This document shows positions 25,242 to 33,577 of a stretch of 34,988 bases of DNA, one piece after another. The stretch's first letter is position 1; every line of letters begins with the position of its first letter. Origin of the DNA: Planctomycetota bacterium (GTDB lineage: Bacteria > Patescibacteriota > Patescibacteriia > Patescibacteriales > UBA12465); contig JALOQQ010000001.1 in assembly GCA_025453315.1 (NCBI GenBank), forward strand, positions 1 to 34,988. The letters are read 5' to 3'. The position numbers and the translations under genes were made by a program. The notes beneath the pieces were generated by a model that did not search any database, was not told the DNA's origin, and worked only from the letters and a program-made list of their open reading frames with translations.

Positions 25242-28200
25242 ATGACCGGATTCGCTTCTATAAACAGTTTACTCCATCCTAAAAAGAGCCGTGACGATGA
25301 CGAGACGATAGAGGGTAAATTTGCTAAAAAACAACAAGAAATAAAACTTAAGGACATAGAGAATTTAACAGAAGCCAAGGCAAATACCCTTGGCTTGTCG
25401 TATGTTAACCTTTATGGTTTTCCGGTTAGTCCGGATGCAATTATTTTAATTCCTGAAGAAGAAGCTCGTCAAAACAAAATTGTTTGTTTCTTTTATGATG
25501 GCAAAAATATTCGTATCGGTGCTGTAAATAATAATCAATACGTAATTGATAAAGCAGCTGAACTTGATGCCCAATATTTTACTAACAGTAAGATATACTT
25601 AATTTCTGAAGTTAGTCTTAATTGTGCTTTAGAAGTTTATAAAACTATCCCTAAGACTAAAAAATACGAAGGCGTAGAAATTAAGGCTGAAGATTTTGAA
25701 CGTCTTAAAAATGAAATAAAAGATTTTCGTACCCTCGCTAAAAAAATTAATGAAGTTAATATTAGTGAGATTGTTACTCTTATTTTAGCTACGGCTGCCA
25801 AAATTAGTTGTAGTGATATTCATATTGAGGCTGAAGAAAGGGGTATTGTTATCCGTTTACGTATTGATGGTATGTTGCAAGAAGCGGCTGTTATTGATCG
25901 CGACAAATGGAAAAAGGTTATTTCACGTATGAAAATCTTAGCTAAGGTAAAAATTAACGTCGAAAATAAACCACAAGATGGTCGCTATACTATTAATTTA
26001 GGTACTGATAAAATTGATGTCCGTTCCTCTTTCTTGCCCACGGCTTTTGGCGAAAGTGTGGTAATGCGTTTGTTACGTTCTAATGCTATTAGTTTATCTT
26101 TTGCTGATTTAGGATTATTGCCAGAATGTTTTAAAGTATTAGAAGCAGAAATTGCCAAGCCCAATGGTCTTATTCTAACAACTGGTCCAACTGGTTCTGG
26201 TAAAACTACTACTCTTTATAGTGTTTTAAATAAATTAAATACTCCGGATGTAAAAATAATTACTCTTGAAGATCCTATTGAATATCAATTAAAAGGTATT
26301 AGTCAGAGTCAAATTGATAGTAAAAAGGGTTATACTTTTGCTGATGGTTTACGTTCTATTTTGCGTCAAGATCCAGATATAGTTATGGTCGGCGAAATCC
26401 GTGATTTGGAAACAGCTGAAATTGCTGTTGAGGCGGCTTTAACTGGTCACTTGGTTCTCTCGACTCTTCATACTAACGATGCCGCTGGTGTTATTCCGCG
26501 TATGATCGATATGGGAATAAAGCCATTCTTTTTAGTGCCGGCTTTAAACGTGGTAGTTGGTCAGCGTTTAATTAGAAAACTTTGTCCTTTATGTAAGGTC
26601 GAACATCATTTAACTATCGAAGAAGAAGAATTAGTTAAAAAAATATTAGCTGTTATTTCACCAAAATCAGGAATTGAAATTCCTTCTGATCTTCCTGTTT
26701 TATATAAGGCTGGAGCTGGTTGTGAAAAATGTAATAATTTAGGTTATAAAGGCCGTATCGGTATTTACGAAGTGTTTACTATGGATGATCAAATAAAACA
26801 GTTGGCTATGGATAATGCTCCTTCTTTTAAAATACTCCAACAGGCTATTGAAAATGGCATGATCACCATGCTTCAAGATGGTGTTATTAAAGCCACTAAA
26901 GGAGTTACGAGCTTGGAAGAAATTTATGAAAATATTGGTAACTTTGACTATATTAATGAGCTTTATGATATTGTTGTTTCACAAACAGTTGGTCGTGGTA
27001 TTAAGATTTCAGTCGAAGAAATGAATAAGGCTAAAGAGCTAATTAAAAATAAAGTTGGTATTCAAGAGGCGGTGAAGAAAATGCCAACCAAAGATGTTTT
27101 AGTTATGATTATGGCTATGGCCATTGTTAGTAGAACCGGAGACTTGCATATTGAGCCAACTGAAACTGGTGTTAAATTTCGTTTTAGAATAGACGGTGTT
27201 CTTAATGACTTTTTAGATTTACCTAAATCTAATTATTTACCATTATTATCACAAGTAAAAATATTATCTGGTTTTGCCACTAACGTAAAAAAAGCTACTA
27301 TGGACGGACGTTTTAGTATGTTCTCTGACGGCAAAAAAATGGATTGTCGTGTTTCGATTATTTCTGGTGGTTATGGTGAAACAATTGTAATCCGTTTATT
27401 GACCAGCCAAGCCTCAACTTTGAATATGGAAAAATTAGGTATTACCTCTTTCTCTTTAAAAATGTTACGAGGTTCAATGAAAAAAACCAAAGGTGTCATT
27501 ATTACTACCGGTCCAACTGGTTCTGGTAAAACCACCACTTTATATAGTGTTTTAAATGAATTAAACACGCCTTCAGTGAAAATTATTACCGTTGAAGATC
27601 CGATTGAATATAATATGGCCGGTGTTATGCAGACTCAGATTGATGCTGAACATGGTTATACTTTTGCCGCCGCTATGCGCTCTCTTTTACGTCAAAATCC
27701 TAACGTCATGATGATCGGTGAAATCCGTGATGAAGAAACAGCCAAAATTTCAATTGAGGCTGCTATGACTGGCCACTTAGTTCTTTCTACTATCCATGCT
27801 AATAGTGCCGCTGGTGCTATTTCACGTTTTGTTGGTTTGGGCGTAGAAAGACAATCTTTAGCTAATTCTATGAATTGTAGTATTGGTCAGCGTTTGGTTA
27901 GAAGTCTTTGTCCTAATTGTAAACAACCAACAGAAATCTCTCCAGAAAATTTAGCCGAAGTAAAAAGATTACTCGATTTAATTAAAAATCCTGAAGTAAT
28001 AAAACCAACCGAATTAAAATTTTGGAAAGCTGTGGGCTGTGACCAATGTAATAATATTGGTTATAAAGGAAGACTGGGCTTGTATGAAGTTATTGAAATG
28101 TCACCAGATATTCAGAAATTAATTCAAACCGAGGGAGTTACTGATTATGATATTGAACAACAAGCTATTGCCAACGGCACAATTACCATGGTTCAAGACG

Positions 28201-28262
28201 GAGTTTTAAAAGCTTTAAATGGTGAAACGACGATTGAAGAAGTGTTTAGAGTTATTCAGTAA
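25242..28262 (+). CDS. Tandem-fused double PilB/GspE-family secretion ATPase (two complete ATPase units in one 1006-aa chain)
   Basis: Unit 1 has Walker A GPTGSGKTT (26184-26210), Asp box ITLEDPIEY, Walker B DPDIVMVGEIRD, His box TGHLVLSTLHTND and Zn site CPLCK...CEKCNNLGYKGR. Unit 2 has GPTGSGKTT (27510-27536), ITVEDPIEY, NPNVMMIGEIRD, TGHLVLSTIHANS and CPNCK...CDQCNNIGYKGR. There is a single GspE_N-like N-terminal domain. Confidence 0.9.
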   Translation: MTGFASINSLLHPKKSRDDDETIEGKFAKKQQEIKLKDIENLTEAKANTLGLSYVNLYGFPVSPDAIILIPEEEARQNKIVCFFYDGKNIRIGAVNNNQYVIDKAAELDAQYFTNSKIYLISEVSLNCALEVYKTIPKTKKYEGVEIKAEDFERLKNEIKDFRTLAKKINEVNISEIVTLILATAAKISCSDIHIEAEERGIVIRLRIDGMLQEAAVIDRDKWKKVISRMKILAKVKINVENKPQDGRYTINLGTDKIDVRSSFLPTAFGESVVMRLLRSNAISLSFADLGLLPECFKVLEAEIAKPNGLILTTGPTGSGKTTTLYSVLNKLNTPDVKIITLEDPIEYQLKGISQSQIDSKKGYTFADGLRSILRQDPDIVMVGEIRDLETAEIAVEAALTGHLVLSTLHTNDAAGVIPRMIDMGIKPFFLVPALNVVVGQRLIRKLCPLCKVEHHLTIEEEELVKKILAVISPKSGIEIPSDLPVLYKAGAGCEKCNNLGYKGRIGIYEVFTMDDQIKQLAMDNAPSFKILQQAIENGMITMLQDGVIKATKGVTSLEEIYENIGNFDYINELYDIVVSQTVGRGIKISVEEMNKAKELIKNKVGIQEAVKKMPTKDVLVMIMAMAIVSRTGDLHIEPTETGVKFRFRIDGVLNDFLDLPKSNYLPLLSQVKILSGFATNVKKATMDGRFSMFSDGKKMDCRVSIISGGYGETIVIRLLTSQASTLNMEKLGITSFSLKMLRGSMKKTKGVIITTGPTGSGKTTTLYSVLNELNTPSVKIITVEDPIEYNMAGVMQTQIDAEHGYTFAAAMRSLLRQNPNVMMIGEIRDEETAKISIEAAMTGHLVLSTIHANSAAGAISRFVGLGVERQSLANSMNCSIGQRLVRSLCPNCKQPTEISPENLAEVKRLLDLIKNPEVIKPTELKFWKAVGCDQCNNIGYKGRLGLYEVIEMSPDIQKLIQTEGVTDYDIEQQAIANGTITMVQDGVLKALNGETTIEEVFRVIQ

Positions 28263-28366
28263 AATTAGTAAAATATAAATAAATTAAAAAAATTAAAAAA
28301 CATATTGTCAAATAAGATTTATAAAATATAACATCAATCTTTGGCTCTATAATTAAATGATTTAAT

Positions 28367-28939
28367 ATGATTAATCTTAAGTTCATGGATAAGTTAAGGG
28401 GAGAATATAAAAAAAGCGAAATTCAAAGACGCCAGATTATTAGTTTATCTAATATAGTTATAAATACTTCTAAAAAAATTATTTTTGCCCTTCATCGTAA
28501 AGAAATAAAATTAGCGGAAGAGCAATTTGTGGAAGTGGAAAAAATATTAAAGAAATTAGAAAAAGAATTTGGTTTAAAACGTATTAATGAAGAAGGATCT
28601 TACTCGGCTGCGGTTGAAGAATATACTGAAGCCAAGATGTTTTACTTTTTTAATATTGGTAAAAAAATTGATAAAATTAAAGAAGCTAATTTGGAAAGCG
28701 ATGCTTACTTAGGTGGCATTTGTGATTTTACCGGTGAATTAGTTCGTCGTGCTACCAACGAAGCTTCTAATGGTAATTACGATGAAGTTAAAAGAATCAA
28801 GGAAATTATTAGAGAGGTGATGGATCAGTTAATTACTTATGATTTAGGTGGTTACTTACGTACTAAGTACGACCAGGCTTATAATAATTTACGTAAGATT
28901 GAGCAGATGGATTACGAAATAGCCCTACGTAAGCGCTAG
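28367..28939 (+). CDS. Translin/TRAX family protein
   Basis: YLGGICDFTGELVRRA matches the translin YLxGxxDxTGELxR motif. The C-terminal LRTKYDQAYNNLRKIEQMDYEIALRK matches the translin LRKRxDxLKYxVKKxExVVYDLSIR segment. AVEEYTEA provides an ExxE pair. Confidence 0.7.
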   Translation: MINLKFMDKLRGEYKKSEIQRRQIISLSNIVINTSKKIIFALHRKEIKLAEEQFVEVEKILKKLEKEFGLKRINEEGSYSAAVEEYTEAKMFYFFNIGKKIDKIKEANLESDAYLGGICDFTGELVRRATNEASNGNYDEVKRIKEIIREVMDQLITYDLGGYLRTKYDQAYNNLRKIEQMDYEIALRKR

Positions 28940-28970
28940 TAAAAAATTGTAACTATTTATAATAAAATTT

Positions 28971-29483
28971 ATGAAAGTTGCCGTAGTTTCTGATATTCAT
29001 GACAATCTAGCTAACTTAGAAACTTTTCTTAAATATTTACACAAGACCGGTATTAACACGGTCTTGTGTTGTGGAGACCTTACTAATAGTGAAACTTTAT
29101 ATACTTTAGCTAAGGGGGTAAAGGGTGATATATTCTTGGTTCGTGGTAATATTGAAATATATAATGAAGAGGAAACCAAAAATTATCATAATGTACATTA
29201 TTTTGGACCTTTAGCTTATTTTCAAATAGAAAATAAAAACATTGCCCTTTGTCATGAGCCGTTTTGGATTGAGAAAATAAAGAAGCAATACCCTGATACT
29301 GATTTTATTTTTTATGGTCATACTCACAAACCTTGGAGCGAAACATCGGTTTTAAATAATAAAAATATTCTTATTGCTAATCCGGGAAATTTAGCCAATA
29401 CTTTCCATCCGGCCACCTTTGCCGTCTGGGATATTAATAATAATCAATTGGATTTAAAAAGACCACAGGATCTTGATTTATAA
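28971..29483 (+). CDS. YfcE/MJ0936-type metallophosphoesterase
   Basis: The metallophosphoesterase motifs are present: VVSDIHDN, CCGDL, RGNIE, CHEP and YGHTHKP. Confidence 0.85.
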   Translation: MKVAVVSDIHDNLANLETFLKYLHKTGINTVLCCGDLTNSETLYTLAKGVKGDIFLVRGNIEIYNEEETKNYHNVHYFGPLAYFQIENKNIALCHEPFWIEKIKKQYPDTDFIFYGHTHKPWSETSVLNNKNILIANPGNLANTFHPATFAVWDINNNQLDLKRPQDLDL

Positions 29484-29551
29484 ATAATTTAAATTAAAGT
29501 ATTTATTGATTAAAGTATTCCTTGGGGTTTAGCCCAATATAACTCATTAAT

Positions 29552-30328
29552 ATGTTAAATAAAAATATAAAAAATACAGCCATTAAAGCCGTAACCATTG
29601 CCGCTAAAAAATTAATTAAAGTTTATAATTCTTTTGAGCGTCGTACAGTAAAGATGAAATCGGCACATGAAATTTTAACTTCAGCCGATTTACTTTCCGA
29701 AAAGATTATTATTTCGGAAATAAAAAGAAAATTTTCCAAACACAGTATTCTTTCCGAAGAAGCTGGTTTATTAGACAAAGAAAAAGATTATTTATGGATT
29801 ATTGATCCAATAGATGGTACTACTAATTTTTCTATGCATAATCCGCTTTGGTCTATGTCTCTGGGTTTAGCTTATAAAGGAGAAATAATTTTCGGTTTAA
29901 TTTATGCTCCCATGTTAAAAGAAATGTATTGGGCTGAAAAAGGTTGTGGCGCTTATTGTAATAATAAAAAAATTCAAGTCTCATCTATAAATAGTGGCAA
30001 GGTTATTAATACTTTTTGTCATGGTAGTAACGAAAAAGATATAAAAAGGGCAATAAAATATTTTCAGAAACAAAAATTAGCTAATTTTGATTGCCGTCAA
30101 TTAGGTAGTGCCGCTTTAGAATTGGCTTATGTCGCCTCGGGTAGGATTGAATCTATAGTAATTCCCGGAGTGAGGTCTTGGGATGTGGCCGCTGGTATTT
30201 TATTGGTTAGTGAAGCTGGCGGAACTGTAACTAATTTTAAAAACAAACCTTGGACTTTGAAAGATTGTGATTTAATAGCTACTAATGGCTTGGTTCAGGA
30301 GCAAATTATAAATGTGCTAAATAGTTGA
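29552..30328 (+). CDS. suhB: Inositol monophosphatase family protein
   Basis: The family motifs are present: LSEEAG, WIIDPIDGTTNF and the C-terminal WDVAAGILLVSEAGG. Confidence 0.85.
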   Translation: MLNKNIKNTAIKAVTIAAKKLIKVYNSFERRTVKMKSAHEILTSADLLSEKIIISEIKRKFSKHSILSEEAGLLDKEKDYLWIIDPIDGTTNFSMHNPLWSMSLGLAYKGEIIFGLIYAPMLKEMYWAEKGCGAYCNNKKIQVSSINSGKVINTFCHGSNEKDIKRAIKYFQKQKLANFDCRQLGSAALELAYVASGRIESIVIPGVRSWDVAAGILLVSEAGGTVTNFKNKPWTLKDCDLIATNGLVQEQIINVLNS

Positions 30329-30399
30329 AAAATAAAAAATATCTTTATATAATATAATAACGCCCTTTAAGAGGGTATTAATGATAAATAGCAAATAAT

Positions 30400-31626
30400 A
30401 TGTCCAAAGTCTTAACTGATAAAAATCTAATAGAAAAATTCTTAACTCGAGGCGTTGAGGCTATTTACCCAACCGTTGATGATCTGAGAAAAAAATTGCT
30501 TTCCGGTGAACGATTAAGGATTTATCAGGGATTTGATCCAACTGGTCCTTATTTGCATGTCGGCCATGCTATTGGTATTCGTGGTTTAAGAATTCTTCAA
30601 CAATTGGGGCATGAAGTAATATTTTTGGTTGGTGATTATACGGCTAAAGTTGGTGATCCTGATAAAAATAGCACCAGAAAAATGTTGAGCGATGAGGATA
30701 TTGAAAATAATATGGCTGGCTGGAAAGAGCAGGCCTCTCAATTAATTGATTTTGGTGGTGATAATCCAGTACAGTTTAAAAGAAACTATGAATGGTTGTC
30801 TAAGTTAAATTTGAATGACTTAATTAAATTAATGTCGCAGACCACTGTTCAAAGAATGATGGAACGTGATTTATTTGAACGTCGTTTAAAAGAAAACAAC
30901 CCCATTCATCTCCATGAGTTTATTTATCCTTTAATGCAGGGTTATGATGGTGTGGCCATGGAAGTGGATATGGAAATTGGTGGTGCTGATCAAATTTTTA
31001 ATATGCTCACTGGTCGCACTTTAAGTCGCGCCTATCTTAATAAAGAAAAATTTGTTCGGGCTAATAAAATGATGGATGCTCCCGACGGCAGAACTATGAG
31101 TAAAACCAAGGGTAATGGTATTAATTTAGGTGATAGTGCTGAAGATATGTATGGCAAAGCTATGTCTTATCCTGATAGTGCGATTACTTCAGGTCTTGAA
31201 ATGCTAACCGATGTTCCTATGGAACAAATAAAAGAAATTTCTGAAGAAATAAAAAAAGGCAGTAATCCCATGCAATTCAAGAAATTGATGGCTTATGAAA
31301 TAGTAAAGACAATTAAGGGTGAAGAAGCGGCTTTAAAAGGAAAAAAATATTTTGAAGATACTGTACAGCACAAAGAGATTCCTCAAGATATAAGAGAAGT
31401 GAAGCTTTCTTCTGATCAAAAAACAATTATCGAATTGCTGGTTATTAGTGGTCTGGCTAAAAGTAATGGAGAAGCACGCCGACTTATTCAGCAAAAAGGC
31501 GTAAAGATAAAAAATGGCGCCGAAGACTTTAAGGTTATTGATGATATTAATGAAATTATTGTTTTAACAGACGAAACCATTCTACAGAAAGGTAAATTGG
31601 ATTTTATTAAATTTAGAATAAAATAG
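30400..31626 (+). CDS. tyrS: Tyrosine--tRNA ligase
   Basis: It is a class I synthetase with YQGFDPTGPYLHVGHAIG (HIGH-type), GADQ.FN and a KMSKS-like TMSKTKGN. The C-terminal S4-like domain reads SNGEARRLIQQKGVKI. Confidence 0.9.
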   Translation: MSKVLTDKNLIEKFLTRGVEAIYPTVDDLRKKLLSGERLRIYQGFDPTGPYLHVGHAIGIRGLRILQQLGHEVIFLVGDYTAKVGDPDKNSTRKMLSDEDIENNMAGWKEQASQLIDFGGDNPVQFKRNYEWLSKLNLNDLIKLMSQTTVQRMMERDLFERRLKENNPIHLHEFIYPLMQGYDGVAMEVDMEIGGADQIFNMLTGRTLSRAYLNKEKFVRANKMMDAPDGRTMSKTKGNGINLGDSAEDMYGKAMSYPDSAITSGLEMLTDVPMEQIKEISEEIKKGSNPMQFKKLMAYEIVKTIKGEEAALKGKKYFEDTVQHKEIPQDIREVKLSSDQKTIIELLVISGLAKSNGEARRLIQQKGVKIKNGAEDFKVIDDINEIIVLTDETILQKGKLDFIKFRIK

Positions 31627-31692
31627 ATTGAGAAGATAAATAACTTTTTATTGGATTTTAATTAAAAGATATTTATTAAGATAGGTTGATTA

Positions 31693-31728
31693 AGATAGAT
31701 TAGATAGACAAGATAGACAAGATAATTA
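31693..31728. repeat. 9-bp tandem repeat AGATAGAYW, about 4 copies
   Basis: The copies are agatagatt (31693-31701), agatagaca (31702-31710), agatagaca (31711-31719) and agataatta (31720-31728). A further agatagg lies at 31679-31685. The repeat ends 30 nt upstream of the glyQS ATG. Confidence 0.8.
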
Positions 31729-31758
31729 GAGTTTATAACTTATAAGATATTAAAATAT

Positions 31759-33177
31759 ATGGCTGAACAAAATAAGACAGAACAAAATAATATTACTATT
31801 GAAAAAATAGTTTCTCTTTGTAAGCGTCGTGGTTTTGTTTTTCCTTCCTCGGAAATTTATGGTGGTTTTGCGGCGGTTTATGATTATGGTCACTATGGCG
31901 CTCTTTTAAAAAACAATATCCGCGATTCTTGGTGGCGAGCCATGACTCAATTACGAGAAGATGTGGTAGGTATTGATTCTGGTATTTTTATGCATCCTAA
32001 AACTTGGGAAGCTTCTGGACATACTGCTAGTTTTGATGATCCTCAAGTTGATTGTCGAAAATGTAAAAGTCGTTTTCGCGCTGATCACCTTTTAGAAGAA
32101 TTTGGTATTAGTGCTGATAAGGCCTCTTTAGAGTTTATTAATGGAGAATTAGATAAATTAAGGAATGAAAAAAAACTTAAATGTGCTAATTGTGGTTCTA
32201 CTGAACTAACTTCGGCGAAGCGTTTTTCTTTAATGGTAAAGTCAAATTTGGGTTCACCCACTGATGAATTAAAAGAAGAAAATGTCGTTTATTTAAGGCC
32301 AGAAACTTGCGGTGGTATTTATTTACAATACAAAAATACTTTAGACTCTACTCATCCTAAATTACCGTTTGGTATCGCTCAGGTTGGAAAAGCTTTTCGT
32401 AACGAGATAGTAGCTCGTCAATTTATTTTTCGTACTCGTGAATTTGAACAAATGGAAATGCAATATTTTATTTTTCCAGAAATGACTGAGGAAAAATATG
32501 AAATGTGGAGAGAGTTGCGTTGGCAGTGGTATTTAGATAATGGTTTAGATGCTAGTGATTTAAGATGGTATAAACATGAGAAACTTGCTCACTATGCTAA
32601 AGCCGCCTATGATGTTGAATATAATTTTAAAAGTTTGCTTGGTTTTAAAGAGGTAGAAGGTATTCATGCTCGTGGTGATTGGGATCTATCTCAACACAGT
32701 AAGTTTTCCGGACAGGATTTAAGTTATTTTGATGAAGTTACTAAAACCAGATTCATTCCACATATCGTGGAAACTTCAGTTGGTTTAAATCGTCTTTTCT
32801 TGATGTTTTTAGATAAGGCCTATACTGAAGAACAATTAGAAAACGGAGAAACTAGAACGGTTTTAAAGTTTTCTAAAACTTTAGCCCCAGTTAAAATAGC
32901 TATTTTTCCTCTTTTAAAAAACAAGCCAGAGTTAGTAGAAAAGGCCCGCGAAATCTATCAAAAATTGCGACAAAGCTTTGTTTGTGAGTTTGATGATAAT
33001 GGCAATATTGGTAAGCGTTATCGTCGTCAAGATGAAATTGGTACCCCTTATTGCCTAACTGTTGATTTTGATTCCTTAGAAAAAAATGATGTGACAATCA
33101 GAGATAGAGATAGCATGAAGCAGGAAAGAATTAGTATTGATGATTTAGAATCTTATTTTTTAAAAAATTTAAAATAA
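31759..33177 (+). CDS. glyQS: Glycine--tRNA ligase (alpha2 homodimeric type)
   Basis: The pattern is KRRGFVFPSSEIYGG....YDYGHYG..LKNNI...W, class II motifs FRNEI.ARQFIFRTREFEQMEMQYF and GIHARGDWDL, and a C-terminal anticodon-binding domain (IGKRYRRQDEIGTPYCLTVD). Confidence 0.92.
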   Translation: MAEQNKTEQNNITIEKIVSLCKRRGFVFPSSEIYGGFAAVYDYGHYGALLKNNIRDSWWRAMTQLREDVVGIDSGIFMHPKTWEASGHTASFDDPQVDCRKCKSRFRADHLLEEFGISADKASLEFINGELDKLRNEKKLKCANCGSTELTSAKRFSLMVKSNLGSPTDELKEENVVYLRPETCGGIYLQYKNTLDSTHPKLPFGIAQVGKAFRNEIVARQFIFRTREFEQMEMQYFIFPEMTEEKYEMWRELRWQWYLDNGLDASDLRWYKHEKLAHYAKAAYDVEYNFKSLLGFKEVEGIHARGDWDLSQHSKFSGQDLSYFDEVTKTRFIPHIVETSVGLNRLFLMFLDKAYTEEQLENGETRTVLKFSKTLAPVKIAIFPLLKNKPELVEKAREIYQKLRQSFVCEFDDNGNIGKRYRRQDEIGTPYCLTVDFDSLEKNDVTIRDRDSMKQERISIDDLESYFLKNLK

Positions 33178-33215
33178 GATATTTGCTAATTAAAATAATT
33201 TAGGAATATTTTTAT

Positions 33216-33253
33216 AAAATAACATTCTAATTGGAATGTTATTTTATTTTTTT
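33216..33253 (+). terminator. Rho-independent terminator after glyQS
   Basis: A 12-bp stem aaaataacattc (33216-33227) / gaatgttatttt (33234-33245) with loop taattg is followed by a T run. Confidence 0.7.
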
Positions 33254-33329
33254 AAAGATTAATTTTGAAGTTGTGTTTTTGTCTTTGTGCTGAGAGAATA
33301 AAATTTTTTGTCAAAGTTGTCCAAAACTA

Positions 33330-33357
33330 TTGTAATATTTTGAAAAGATGTTATAAT
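33330..33357 (+). promoter_or_regulatory. Candidate promoter of the small basic protein gene
   Basis: The -35 TTGTAA (33330-33335) is followed by a 16-nt spacer, then the extended -10 TGTTATAAT (33349-33357). Confidence 0.45.
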
Positions 33358-33417
33358 ATTATATAGAAGTTATTTTATTTTAATTTTTAATTCATACTTT
33401 GAAAGGAGGTGAATACT

Positions 33418-33540
33418 ATGCCAGCTAAGAAAAAAGTTGCCAAGAAAGCTGCTCCTAAAAAAGCCGCTCCTAAGAAGGCCGTTAAGAAAGCTGCTCCTAA
33501 AAAAGCCGCTCCTAAGAAAAAAGTTGCCAAGAAGAAATAA
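33418..33540 (+). CDS. 40-aa Lys/Ala/Pro-repeat basic protein (histone H1-like / AKP-repeat DNA-binding candidate); absent from the ORF track
   Basis: A near-perfect SD aaaggaggtga precedes the ATG at 33418 by a 6-nt spacer. The translation is MPAKKKVAKKAAPKKAAPKKAVKKAAPKKAAPKKKVAKKK, with TAA at 33538-33540. A candidate promoter lies upstream and a strong terminator downstream. Confidence 0.75.
   Translation: MPAKKKVAKKAAPKKAAPKKAVKKAAPKKAAPKKKVAKKK
33442..33518 (+). repeat. Perfect 35-nt direct repeat (period 42 nt) inside the small basic ORF
   Basis: The sequence aagaaagctgctcctaaaaaagccgctcctaagaa occurs at 33442-33476 and again at 33484-33518. Confidence 0.9.
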
Positions 33541-33577
33541 TATTTTTTTGGTCTCACTGTTTGAAATTTTTATTATA

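Noticed and set aside
30329-31758. T-box riboswitch leaders upstream of tyrS and glyQS
   Set aside because: The intergenic regions are only 71 and 132 nt. They lack the specifier-loop and T-box (AANNNGGGTGGTACCGCG-like) sequence and a terminator/antiterminator pair.
16697-33097. Other antisense ORFs (16697-16936, 19213-19401, 22092-22289, 23916-24104, 25181-25378, 27371-27568, 28997-29179, 32900-33097)
   Set aside because: All are embedded antisense to, or overlapping, confidently identified genes and lack start signals.
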